From NCBI GenBank assembly GCA_951406725.2, contig OX597816.1, forward strand, positions 7,936,001 to 8,000,000: a stretch of 64,000 bases of DNA, given 5' to 3'. This document shows positions 37,758 to 50,326 of this stretch, one piece after another (the stretch's first letter is position 1; every line of letters starts with the position of its first letter). The notes under the pieces are model-generated. The model did no database searches. It was given only the letters and a program-made list of their open reading frames with translations, and was not told the DNA's origin. Source of the DNA: Octopus vulgaris (lineage: Eukaryota). A program made the position numbers and the translations under genes.

Positions 37758-40700
37758 TAATCAACTTCTTATTGCAATAATTCTATTCTCCACATAAACC
37801 CACCAGTCTGCACAGGCCCTACATTTAAAATTCAGGAGTAAATTAATGAAAAGTAGATTGCAGGAGTGACTGTAGCTTGCTTACCAACCACATGGTTCTG
37901 TGTTCAGTCCCACTGTGTGGCACCTTGGGCAAGTGTCTTCTACTATAGCCTCAGGCTGACCAAAGCCTTGTGAGTGGATCTGGTAAACGGAAACTGAAAG
38001 AAGACTGTTTTATATTTATGTCTGTCCCCCCCCCATTGTCTCTTGACAACCGATGCTGGTGTGTTTACATCCCTGTAACTTAGTGGTTTGGCAAAAGAGA
38101 CTGATAGAATAAGTACTAGGTTTACAAAGAATAAGTCCTGGGGGGACAATTTGCTTGATTAAAGGCGGTGCTCCAGCATGGCTGCAGTCAAATGACTTAA
38201 ACAAGTAAAAGAATAAAATAATTAAAACAATAGCAATTACACACACACACACACACTGCACATATGTGTTTGTGTTTGTCTTTCAGTGCTGTGTTGGTTT
38301 GTTTACATTCCTGTAACTTAGCAATTCAGCTGAAATAAGACATGACTTCTGCCATGAATTTAACGGACAAAATCCTTCTTCAATGCAGTCCAAAGTCTGA
38401 AGCCAGTAAAATGTTAAAAGCTATATGTTCTGAGTTCAAATTCTGCTGAGGTCAACTTTGCCTTTCTCCCTTTTGGGGTTGATAAATTAAAAGTACCAGT
38501 TGCATACTGGGGTTGATTTAATCAACTGGCCTCCTCCACCAAAATTTCGAGCCTTGTGTCTACAGTAGAAAAAGAGTGTATTGAGTGCCATTTTTTTTGG
38601 TGGGGGGCACCAGAACTAGTAAGAGCACCATGCAGCCTGCAAGACTATAAACTGTAAGGTGGGGGGACTTTGTTAGGAGATAGGGAATAAAGAAGGGGTT
38701 TTCTATGAGAGAAAAGGGTTGAAGCAGGACAGATTGCTCACATTTTTTTAGAAGAGAGAAGTGGGGTGATCAGGGTGGAGATGGGAAGAGATTAAAATCA
38801 TGGGGACGGTGGGTCAGAGAAGACCCTTTATGGTGCAAAGTAGGGCAGAGGTGGTAGGAGTGGTGAGTGGGCTGGAAAAGAGATTTCTGACAGTAAGGAG
38901 CTGTAGAATAGAAATGATGATACAGTAGAGAGTATGAGAGAGAGAGAGAGAGAACTTGCTGTTGGATGGGGAAGAAAGAGAGGCAGGTGTGGTGTAATGG
39001 GGGTGGGGATAACTGGTCAATGAAAAGGAGAGTGGAAGAAACGAGAAGGAGGGATGAAAGATGGAGAAGAAGCGAATTGGGTCTGGCTAAGAAGAAAAAT
39101 GGTTTCAAAGAAGAACTGCAGTTAGGGAGGTGATGAGTAGTGGGGGGTGCCTTGTGGGGGGGGGAGGAAATTGAGTAAAGGGCCCAGTTGTGGATATATG
39201 TAGCCTGGCACTCCATTGGTTATGATGATGTGTGTCCTGGTCGTTGGGACAACCTGCTCATGAAATTAACATGCAAGTGGCTGAGTACTCCGTGTGTACC
39301 CTTAATGTAGTACTTGAGGAGGTTCAACATGATGCAAAGTGTGACAAGGGTGGCCCCTTTGAATTACTGGTACAACTCATTTTTGCCAGCTGAGTGGACT
39401 GGAGTAATGTGAAATGAAGCGTCTTGCTCAAGGGAACTGAACTCATGACCTTATGATTGAGAGCCGAATACCCTAACCACTAAGCAGGGGTCAGGTAGAA
39501 TTTTTTTAGGGCAGAGCCTTTGTGGTTGGATGCCCTTCCTGTTGTCAACCCTCCTCTGTTTCTGAGTAAGGTAATGGTTCCCCGTAACCAGGCACGTTGT
39601 CACAGAATATTGGGGATGAACGATACTGTCATGTGATGTCAAGACAAGGAGACACAAACACAAACAAATTCCTTTCAATTTCCATCTACTAAATCCTCCA
39701 CTCACATGGCTTTGGTCAACCCAAGGATACTTTGGTCAAGGCCAAGGTGTCACACAGGCGAGCTGAACCCCAAACCATATGAAGCAAGATTCTTAACCTC
39801 GCAACCATGCCTGTGGCCATATATTTAATAAAAGTTTATGTTTGTACAATGAATATGTGTTTATGTTCTAAATAAAACTTTGTAGGTAGAAGTAGAGGAA
39901 TGTGGATTGAATTGTGGGCTCCTGTCTTTGTTCTTCTTTAGGTGGTTATCTGTAGATATTTTCCATAGTTAAGAATTGGTTTCTTTCTGTTCCCTACTTT
40001 TATACACATCATCATCATCATCATCGTTTAACATCCGCTTTCCATGCTAGCATGGGTTGGATGATTTTGACTGAGGGCTGGCAAACCAGATGGCTGCACC
40101 AGGCTTCAATCTTGATCTGGCAGAGTTTCTACAGCTGGATGCCCTTCCTAACGCTATCCACTCCGAGAGTGTAATGGGTGCTTTTACATGCCACCAGCAC
40201 GGGGGCCAGTCAGGTGGTACTGGCAACGACCTTGCTCGAATCTTTTACACATGCCACCGGCACAGGTGCCAGTAAGGCGACGTTGATAATGATCACACTT
40301 GAATGGTGTCTTTTACATGCCACTGGCACGGAAGCCGGTCAACCGCTCTGTCAATGATCACACTCGTATGGTGCTGTTTGCACCCCACTAGCACAGATGC
40401 CAGTCATCGATTTTGATTTCCTTTTTGTCTATTCATTCCTTTGGTTCCCTGAATTAGAACCTGTCTTAGATTTCTTTTATTACAAGCTCCTCTGTGCAAA
40501 CGCAAAATTTTCCATTTTCTTTACCATTCCTTGCCACTGTTTTCTCTTGTATCAAACAAAACTCTGACATTTGTCTTCAACATTTCAGAACTCCTATTCA
40601 GATCATTAACGACAACTGTTGCACTCACACATGCGCTGGTTTAACAAACTTTTTTCCCTGTCACACCACATCATGATAACCTCATTCTCTCTCAGCCATT

Positions 40701-40864
40701 ATGTTTACACATGCATTCTTGAATTATATTCCATATCCTATAATGTTGATACTAATAACTCATTGGTACCATTTTCCAATTTGAGAGATTTTCCTCTGTT
40801 TTTAAGAATCTTTCCATTCCTTCATTATTATGTTTGGATTAATCTTATTTTCTTATTTTTCCAG

Positions 40865-40921
40865 AATGACTACCAACAGAGCGCCATCAACAAAGCTGTG
40901 GATTCTGTGAAAAAGATATCT
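40865..40921 (+). CDS. SNX17: SNX17 coding exon: NDYQQSAINKAVDSVKKIS
   Basis: ccag/gtaagt, 57 nt, phase 0; joins the terminal exon to give ...VKKISDKFANVSF (SNX17 ..KLSSKLS.VSL-like). Confidence 0.85.
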
Positions 40922-40968
40922 GTAAGTAGTTGCCACACTTTATATAGTTTTCCCTTCTCTCTGTATAA

Positions 40969-41173
40969 CAAGGGTTCTCAACTGGGGTTCATATGACCTT
41001 TAGCGGTCCATATAAGATTTTGTTATTAAAATTCATCTGCAATAAATTGGTTATAATATTTAATTATAAAAATTGAATAGGATTATTTTTAAGCACTGAA
41101 TGGCCTGGAGGGTACATCCAAGTAAATTGACAATCAAAGGGGTCCATAGGCCAAAAATGGCTGAGAACCACTG
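40969..41173. mobile_element. hAT (Charlie-like) MITE
   Basis: TIRs caagggttctcaac / gctgagaaccactg; imperfect 8-bp TSD ..tataa. Confidence 0.6.
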
Positions 41174-41366
41174 TTCTATAAGAAAGAACAAATGTGCTGT
41201 GTTCATGTTTATGTAAATATTAACTACTATTGCTACTCTCTGGTTATATAACAATGATAAAAAAACAAACAGACATCGCTTGAGTATTGTAACAAGACTT
41301 CATCACAAATCACAAAAAATAATAGACAACTGAGTTGGGATTAAAAGCAATATTTATAAAACTATC

Positions 41367-41596
41367 TTAACCCTTTTGACACCAACCCGGCTGGAACCAG
41401 CTCTGGCTCTGTTGTGCAAATGTCTTGTTTTCATAAGTTTTGAATTAAAATCTTCCACCAAACCTTAGTCACAATTTATGTTCCCAACACTAGCTTAATG
41501 GTAACTAAGTTATTTTACTAAATTCTTTGTTATATTTAAAATTAATTGAAAGAAACACAGAACATCTCAACAGAAATATGGTAACGAAAGGGTTAA
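41367..41596. mobile_element. piggyBac-like MITE (TTAA-CCCTT...AAGGG-TTAA)
   Basis: TTAA flanks and CCCTT termini. Further copies at about 44985-45190, 59452-59678 and 59695-59921. Confidence 0.8.
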
Positions 41597-43007
41597 GAAA
41601 GCCATGTTGATAATAACAACAAAGTTAATGATGGTGTCAGATTTTGGCTCAAAGCCAGCAATTTGGGGAAGGGCGTGAGTTGATAGTATCAGCCCCAGCA
41701 CTCGACTGGCACTCATTTTATCAACTCTGAAAGGATAAAAGGCAAAAGTCAATCTCAGAGCATGAAGACAGACAAACTGCAGCTAAGCATTTTGCCCAGC
41801 ATGCTAATGAGTCTGCCAGCTTGTTGCCTTCATCATCATCATCATCATCATCATCTTCATTGTTTAACTTCCACTTTCTATGCTGGCATGGGTTGGACGG
41901 TTTGACTGAGGACTGGCAAGCCAGGAGGTTGCACCAGGCTCCAATCTGATCTAGCGAGGTTTCTACAGTTGGATACCCTTTATGATGTGAAAAACACAGA
42001 GAGGTTAGTTTAGCTTCCAGTTATCATTGTTTTAGCATCCATGTGGGTTGGAGAGGTTTGCACAACTGTGAGGCTTTCAGATCTGACCATCCTCCCTTTG
42101 CTATATCCTAGAGTTTCCTGTTTTGATCCAATAACTGGATGTCATTTAACTCTTCAGCATTCAGATTACTCTGTCAAATGTGATGTTTATTTATTCACAT
42201 TGTTTTGAATTAATCATGAGTTATCTCAAATTTTGAGGTTTCTATGATGTGATTATTTGTTTTTAGAATGACATAGCAGGGTAGGTCTGAGAGGCCACAT
42301 CTGGCCAGTATGAACATAAAACAAAATATTTGGGTTGGATGTGGACGGTTTAAATGCTAAAGGGTTACTTGTATCACTCGTTAGTCAACTAATGATGTTT
42401 TTCAGTCAAATCATCATCATCATCGTCCGTTCTCCATGCTAGCATGGGTTGGACGGTTCAACCGGGGTCTGGGAAGCCAGGAGGCTGCACTAGGCTCCAG
42501 TCTGATCTGGCAGTGTTTCTACAGCTGGATGCCATTTCTAACGCCAACCATTCTATGAGTGTAGTGGGTGCTTTTTACGTTCCACCGGCACAGGTGCCAG
42601 GTGAGGCTGGCAACAGCCACAATCGGTTGGTGCTTTTTACGTGCCACCGGCACAGGGATCACAACTACAATTTCCATTGATTTTTGATGTTGATGTACTT
42701 GACTCAATAGGTCTCCTTAAGCACAGGGTTGAAACAGTGTTTTTTTTACTTGCCACTTGCACAGGCGTCAGTCCAACGGCCGGGTGCCAGTCATAGGATT
42801 TGGTTCAATTTCGATTTCACTTGCCCCAACAGGTCTTCGCAAGCAGAGTTTAGTGTCCAATGAAGGGAGGTTGGCATGGGAGCCAGTCGTCAAATAATTG
42901 TCTTATTATTCCCCAATGACAGTTTTCTTGTGTTTCATGTTAGAAATCATGTTGCACCCTTTTGTTAATCATTGGTTACATCTTTGTTTCTTTTAATCTT
43001 GTTTCAG

Positions 43008-43112
43008 GACAAATTTGCCAACGTTTCCTTCAAGGCATCACGAGATGGTCAAAACATCCAAAGTGTTTTGGAAAATAACGCATTCGAAGAAATAGGGGAT
43101 GACGATCTCTGA
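43008..43112 (+). CDS. SNX17: SNX17 terminal coding exon: DKFANVSFKASRDGQNIQSVLENNAFEEIGDDDL*
   Basis: tcag acceptor; ends N.AFE.IGD.DL*, the conserved Retriever (VPS26C)-binding C-terminus of SNX17. Confidence 0.96.
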   Translation, partial: DKFANVSFKASRDGQNIQSVLENNAFEEIGDDDL

Positions 43113-43837
43113 TTCTTCACGATTGCCTAGGCATCAGCCGAGATTCCAGTTTCCTATCATTCTAATCTTCCTTGGTAACCCGCAAGGGTCAGCAAGTATC
43201 ATTCCAGAGCCACCTGCTTGGGCCAGGTCATCGAATCGCTTAAGAAGACATATAGCTATTTTTATAAAACCTCAAATATATTAAAATGGAAAGACAAAAA
43301 GAAAAAAAAAAGGGACACAGAAAAGGACTCAAATTATTGGAACATTGTAGGATCGTTACATCTTTTAATGATGTTCTGGGTGATTATGTGCAGTAGGACA
43401 GACCACATATGCTTTTACTAATTTTGCTATCCATTTAAAACCTGACATTTGTCAATTCATTTAGAAAACATTCTCGGTTCCTTGCTAGTCAAAACAAGTT
43501 GGACTGATCTTCTAGAGTCAGTCCAACAGGTCCATTTTCAAATATATATATACATATATATACATATATTTCAAAATCTTTGTGATATCTGATATACATA
43601 TATGTAGGTCTGATACATGTGTATCTGATCTATATGTAGATCTGAGATTAAATTTTAATACATTTAGATATATTTTCTCTGATATCTGGGAGGGAAACTA
43701 TGACTAATTAGAAGACTCTGTAGCCGAATGAAGAAATTAATGTAAATATAAAGTTTATCAAATGAAAATCTGCTTTCTGAAAAAATGGAAAAAAAAATGC
43801 ATTATAATTGTTGTTTTGTTTCATGCTTCTAATTGTT

Positions 43838-44523
43838 TGGAAAGTTGCTGGCTTCAGTTATGCTTCATCATCATCATTGTTCGACCGTGGTCGAGACAAT
43901 GGAATTTACCATGCTACGCCAGACTTCACGGTCCATCATGGCATTACGGAGGTCCTGTTGCTGGATGTCTGTATCCCTGGAGCTTACATCAGGGTAGGAG
44001 AGTGTGCGCCCTCTGGTATCGTGAGCAGATGGCTTCCAGAGGAGAAGAGTAGAAATTACCTCTTTTTCAGCTCTACAACAATTTCCAGCAAACTGGACTC
44101 TCCTATCTTTCACAAGAGATGACACAGGTGGTAGTTTCCCATATATTTGCATTTTGGTTGGATGGCGCTTCCACGAGAGATTTTGAGCTCTCATAAGCAG
44201 GCGAGTGTAGGTTCCATCCAACCGCCCCTCAAGCTTCTTTGATAACGTCCAGGTTTCTGAGCCATATAGTAGAATTGGTTTGACTGTGGCTTTGAAGATT
44301 TCAAGTTTGAAGTCTCTACTTAGATTTGATGACCAGATCTTATGAATGTCAGTTATGCTCGGTAGCTTGGCTGTCGGGGTTGGTGGCGCTCTTGTAGGAT
44401 TGGGCTCTGTCTTCCTCCCAATTTACGGAAGTGTCTGCCTCTATCGACGCTTGAAGTATCGAAGAAAGGACTTAAATAGATTCAGAACCAACTGTAAGTA
44501 GACTGATTGATTTGATTGTTGTT
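43838..44523 (+). pseudogene. Inverted duplicated fragment of the RNF217 TM exon plus donor, split by an RTE insertion
   Basis: 43838-43864 plus 44360-44523 match the rc of 59145-59335 with 2 mismatches seen; the copy lacks the splice acceptor. Confidence 0.9.
43865..44348 (-). mobile_element. 5'-truncated RTE-clade LINE (second family)
   Basis: ...LLYGSETWT..., DGTYTRLLMRAQNLSW...AMMDREVWRSMV, with (TGA)n tail; 11-bp TSD tcagttatgct at 43854-43864 and 44349-44359. Confidence 0.9.
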
Positions 44524-46369
44524 GCGATACCTGTGCCGGTGGCATGTAAAATCCACCATCTGTACATGGCTGATGCCAGCGCCACCTCGACTGGCTTCCG
44601 TGCCGGTGGCACGTAAAAAGCACCCACTACACTCACGGAGTGGTTGGCATTAGGAAGGGCATCCAGCTGTAGAAACATTGCCAGATAAGACTGGAGCCTG
44701 GTGCAGCCTCCTGGCTTCCCAGACCCCGGTCGAACTGTCCAACCCGTGCAAGCGCGGAAAACGGACGTTAAACGATGATGATGATGATGACTTCAGCTAA
44801 TGAATGGCATTATTAAGAGGGTGAACAAATACCATCATTATTTAATGTCTGAGAGTTTGTTTGAGGAAGTGGTTAAGTGAGGGTAGGTGAGAGGGAGTGA
44901 GTGCAAAAGAATCGGTGAGAGGGGGAGTGAGTGAGTGAGAGAGAAAGTGAGTGACTGAGTGCAAAAGAATCAGCTGGGTTGGTATCGATACCAACCCAGC
45001 TGAAACTGCCTCTGGCTCTGTAGTAAAAATGTCTTGTTTTCATAAGTTTTGAATCAAAATCTTCCACCAAACCTCAGTCACAATTTAAGTTCCTAACACT
45101 AGCTGAATGATAACTAAGTTATTTTACTAAATTCTTTAATTGAAAGAAACACAAAGCATCTCAGAATAAATACAGTAAGGAAAGGGTTAGACAGAAACTT
45201 GGAGGAGAAACATGCATCATAGCAGCAAAAAAGCGAAGCATAAACTAGAGAATAACAGTATTGGCAAGAAGAGTAACCTCTCCTGGCCCTGTGATAGATA
45301 CACTACACCTAGAATATGCCCTTTACTAACCAGGAACAAGAGATAACTACTAAATACCTGATAAAGAAAAGAGGCAAAGATACCAACACATCTCCATGTC
45401 AGTTCTGCTCTACCAGGGTGGAAGATATCCACATCAACAGCAGCTGCCCCAAAATGTCTACAAGATACTCTCTGTCTTTGAGATAAGGTATAGTTTCCAA
45501 GACTATTTACAACCCTATCCATAGCTGTGTTGGTGGTTCAAATACCTGGTTGATAACATCAGAGGAAGGCTTGGGCTATCAAGGTCATTGGAGCTGTGGC
45601 TTTGAATATGAAAGTGAGGTGAAGATCTTTGCTCATCTATCTATCATGGATCTAAGGCCTAGTTTCTCGATGTTTGCAGAAGAATTTCCTTTACAAAACC
45701 AGTGCAGCTGGGACCTAAGATGTCAGTGTCAGAAGAGGGTTTGGGACAACTTTATCAGTGCAATTAGGGCCTATGATAACAATGATAGGGAAGGGCTCAG
45801 GTCATCCTTATCAGATAGAGCTGAGGCTCAATTTATCACTGTTAATTGAGGGGCTTAAGTCATATATATAGCTATGGAGCTGGGGACCAGGTAGGGTCTA
45901 GATTGCCTATGATAGTGGAAACCTTAAGCCATCTTTTGGGGGATTGGTGAACTATATTGGTGGAGCTGGTTCAAAAGTTGTCAGAAGAGCAATTCTGCCA
46001 TCCTTATTTTATGGAGCTAGTTTCTAGATTTTAATGTAAGTAGAGAGTTTAGGTCACATATAATGATGGAGCTGGGTCTATGTCAGTGGATAGCAGAAGT
46101 CTTCTATATCAATGGTGCTTGAATCTTGGTTTCTTTTTAGGTTGAGTGCTTGATGTCTGCTACAAATTTTTTTTGAATCCGTTATTAATTTAGTCCTGTA
46201 TTTAAGAGATTAGGAATTATGTACATTATTTACATTTGATGGATATTTGTCCTCATCTTGTTTGTTGTTAACACAATGTTTCGGCTGATATACCCTCCAG
46301 CCTTCATCAGGTGTCTTGGGGAAATTTCAAACCTGGGTTCTCATCCCTAAGGTATTTTTTGATATTATT

Positions 46370-49300
46370 CATCATCATCATCATCATCATCATCGTTTAA
46401 CGTCCGCTTTCCATGCTAGCATGGGTTGGACGGTTCAACTGGGGTCTGGGGAGCCCGAAGGCTGCACCAGGCCAGTCAGATCTGGCAGTGTTTCTACAGC
46501 TGGATGCCCTTCCTAACGCCAACCACTCCGAGAGTGTAGTGGGTGATTTTATGTGCCACTGACACAGGTGCCAGACGAGGCTGGCGAACGGCCACGCTCG
46601 GATGGCGTTTTTTCTGTGCCACTGACACAGGTGCCAGACGAGGCTGGCAGACGGCCACGCTCGGATGGTGCTTTTTATGTGCCACCGACACAGGTGCCAG
46701 ACAAGGCTGGCAGACGGCCACGCTCGAATGGTGTTTTTTATGTGCGACCGACACAGGTGCCAGACGAGGCTGGCAGACGGCCACGCTCGGATGATGTTTT
46801 TTATGTGCCACCGACACAGGTGCCAGACGAGGCTGGCGAACGGCCACGATCGGATGGTGTTTGTTACGTGCCCACAGCACGGAGGCCAGTCGATGCGGTA
46901 CTGGCTACGGCCACGTTTGGATGGTTTTCTTGTGTGCCACGTGCCACCGGCACTGGCACCACAAAGATACAAATTCCATTGATGTTCATCTATTTGATTT
47001 GGTTTGATTTTCACTTGCCTCAACAGGTCTTCACAAGTATCACAAGAAGGAAGGTATGCACAGGTGGACTGACTACGTCCCAGGTAGGGCCCACGGGTTA
47101 TGGCTTCACTAGTCTTGCCGGGTCTTCTCACGCACAGCATACTTCCATAGGTCTCGGTCTCTAGTCATTTCCATGGTGAGACCTAAAGTTTGAAGGTCGT
47201 GCTTCACCACCTCGTCCCAGGTTTTCCTGGGTCTACCTCTTCCACGGGTTCCCTCAACTGCTAGGGATTGGCACTTTCTCACACACCTATCTTCATCCAT
47301 TCTCGCCACATGACCATACCAGCGCAATCGTCTCTCTTGCACACCACAACTGATGCTTCTTAGGTACAACATTTCTCACAAGGTACTAACGCTCTGTCGA
47401 GTATGTACACTGACGTTACACATCCATCGGAGCATACTTACTTCATTCCTCACAAGCTTACACATGTCTTCAGCAGTCACGGCCCATGTTTCACTGCCAT
47501 GTAGCATGGCAGTTCGTACACATGCATCATACAGTCTGCCTTTTACTCTGAGCGAGAGGCCTTTAGTCACCAGCAGAGGTAAGAGCTCCCTAAACTTTGC
47601 CCAGGCTATTCTTATTCTAGCAGTTACACTTTCAGCGCACCCACTCCCACTACTGACTTGGTCACCTAGATAACGGAAGCTATCAACTACTTCTAGTTTT
47701 TGCCCCTGGAAAGTGACGGAAGTTGTTTTCTGCAGATTTTTGGAGGTCAATGCTCCCGAGCATCTGCCACATACAAAAACTATCTTCCCAGTTTGCCTAC
47801 CTTTGACATTGCTGCACCTCTTATGTGTCCATAGCTCACACTGGGTACATCTTATAGAGTTTCTACCTACACCTTTTCTACAGATTGAGCAGGGCCATCT
47901 TCCTGAAGACATTTGTGGATTGTCTACCTTTCTACTTATTAGTACTTTGGTTTTAGCTAGGTTGACTCTAAGGCCCCTCGATTCTAAACCCTCCTTCCAC
48001 ACCTGGAACTTCTCCTCCAGTTCTGATAGTGACTCAGCAATTAGAGCAAGGTCGTCAGCATAGAGGAGCTCCCAGGGGCAACCTGTCTTGAATTCCTCCG
48101 CAATTGCCTGGAGGACTATGATAAATAGGAGGGGGCTGAGTACTGAACCCTGGTGGACCCCAACCTCTACTTTGAATTCTTCTGTGTACATGTTGCCAAC
48201 CCTAACCTTACTTACGGCATCTCTGTACATGGCTTGCACAGCCCTCACCAGCCATTCATCTATCCCTAGTTTCCTCATTGACCACCAGATGAGGGATCGG
48301 GGGACCCTATCAAAGGCTTTCTCCATGTCAACGAAAGCCAGGTACGGGGGCTTATCTTTGGCTAGGTATTTCTCCTGCAGCTGCCTTACCAGGAATATAG
48401 CATCAGTGGTGCTTTTCCCTGGCACGAACCCAAACTGCATCTCATCTAAACTAACTCTCTCTCTAATTAGTTGGGCTATGACCCTCTCTGTAACCTTCAT
48501 TACCTGATCCAACAGCTTGATACCTCTGTAATTATTTGTATCTAGGGCATCACCTTTACCTTTGTAGCAGTTGACTAGTATGCTGCTACACCAGTCATTG
48601 GGTATGACTCCTTCGTGTATCACCTGGTTGACTATACGGGTGACTAGGTTATAGCCGACACTGCCAGATAGTTTGAGCATCTCTGCAGTAATTCCTGATG
48701 GGCCTGGGGCTTTCCCTGTCTTCATGCTTCTAATTGCCTTAGCTACCACGGAACTATCAACTCGGATAGCTGGTCCCTCTGTTGGGTCAACATTCGGCAG
48801 ACTCTCTTTATCCCATTCATTTTCTTTATTCAGCAACCTTTCATAGTGGCATCTCCAAACCTCTCTCTTTGCATCCTCATTTAGTGCAAGTGAACCATCA
48901 TCCATGCAAACTCACTTCTCTCCTACCACATCACGATTCTCTCTCACACACTGTCTTGCAACACGAAATACCTCAAGTCTTTCATCCTCATGGCTCAGAA
49001 CATTGGCAAATTTTTTCTTATCCGCTTCCCCTCTGGCTAAATAAACCTGTCTCCTAGCTTCCCTTCTGGCTGTCTGATACAATTCCCTGCTACCACCGTT
49101 CTTCCAGTCCTTCCGAGCCTGTCTCTTTTGTCTAATAGCCCTGTCAACCACAGTGTTCCACCACCATGTTACTCTGGGTCGAGATGGTACTTTTCTCCAT
49201 CCACAGATCTGGTCAGTGGCTGTCAGCAGATTGTCCCGTAGAAATCTCCAGTTGTCTTCCACATTAAGTGAAGCTATATCCCCTTCTATTTCGTCAAAGG

Positions 49301-50103
49301 CTTCGAGTAGTATGTCTCTAAATCTCTGTCCATTTGCAGGATCTTTAAGCTTCCAGACCCTTCTCCTCCAAGCTGGTCTTCTTCTGGGCGACCATTTAGC
49401 TCTGATCCTGAAGTCGCTAACTACTAATCTATGTTGAGGAGTACATTCTTCGCTTGGAAAGGTTTTGGCATTTATAATCAGCCCTCTTTCCCTTTTTCTG
49501 GCAAGGATGTAGTCAATTTGGCTGGTGTGTCTGCCAGAATGGTAGGTGACTAGGTGAGAGGTGGGTTTCCTGAAGTTGGTATTGCAGACCATAAGGTCAT
49601 TTGCATCGCAGAACTCCAGCAGCCTGGTTCCCTCCTCATTACGAGAGCCAAAACCGTAGCCTCCATGGACGCCATGGAAGCCCCCGACATGCCGTCCAAC
49701 ATGTCCATTGAAATCACCTGCCACGAAGAGAAGGTCACTGTCATTTGTCAACGAGGTAGTCCGCAATAGGGTGTCATAGAATTGGTCTTTTTGTCCTTCC
49801 GGTAGCCCTGGTTGAGGGGCATATGCCGAGATGATGGTAGCTGTCCTATGGTGAAGGACTAATCTAATTTTAATTACTCTGTCACTTACTCTGACTACCT
49901 CGATTACCTTATCTACCCATTTCTCCGCAAGAAGTATACCCACGCCCCCGACCCCGTCAGTGTTCCCTGCCCAGAAAATCTTGTACCTGTGTTCCTTGCC
50001 TGTGAGGAGCCTAGCGGAACCTCCTCTCCACCTTACTTCCTGGATGCAGCATACATCCACACGTCTCCGTTCAAGCAGCTCTACAATCTCTCCAGACCTA
50101 CCT
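46370..50103 (-). mobile_element. Young RTE-clade LINE, slightly 5'-truncated (APE + RT + PHD-like finger + 3' UTR)
   Basis: One reading frame 50103-47109 with only two TGA stops (48912, 47376). APE motifs CIQE, AYAP, GDFNGH, IDYIL; RT motifs QFGF, FVDMEKAFD, GVHQGSVLSP, YADD; tail RLRWYGHV, GRGRPRKTW; (GAT)n 3' end. Confidence 0.95.
46553..46870. repeat. 63-bp tandem repeat (5 units) in the RTE 3' UTR
   Basis: gtgccac.gacacaggtgccagacgaggctggc...ggatgg.g.tttttat repeated at 46553, 46616, 46679, 46742, 46805. Confidence 0.9.
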
Positions 50104-50326
50104 TATTTATTATTATTCAGGTCACTGCCTGGAATCGAACTCAGAATCTTGGGGTTAGTAGCCCGCACTATTAATCACTAATAATATCGAAAAATATCTG
50201 AGGAATGAGAACTCGGGTTCAAAATTTCCTCAAGACACCTGATGAAGGCTGGAAGGTATATCAGCCGAAATGTTGTGTTAACAACAAACATGATGAGGAC
50301 AAATATCCGTCAAATGTAAATAATGT

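Larger units (their letters stand above)
46192..50326 (-). mobile_element. Family 1 tRNA-head + hammerhead element carrying a nested RTE LINE
   Basis: Full arm 46192-46368 (-, hammerhead 46270-46315), tRNA-like head 50116-50180 (-), short inverted arm 50185-50326 (+, hammerhead 50234-50279). TSD gttattaattt at 46181-46191 and 50327-50337. Confidence 0.8.

Noticed and set aside
46553-46870. CRISPR-like regular repeats
   Set aside because: Units are contiguous with no unique spacers, there are no cas genes, and the context is eukaryotic.
46397-47164. Long ORFs (247 aa, 203 aa) with 21-aa repeats
   Set aside because: By-product of the 63-bp tandem array in the LINE 3' UTR; open in several frames on both strands.
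47376-48914. Both LINE stops are TGA, so rescue by A-to-I editing or selenocysteine was considered
   Set aside because: Each is explained by a single substitution, the element lacks its 5' end, and no supporting structure is seen.
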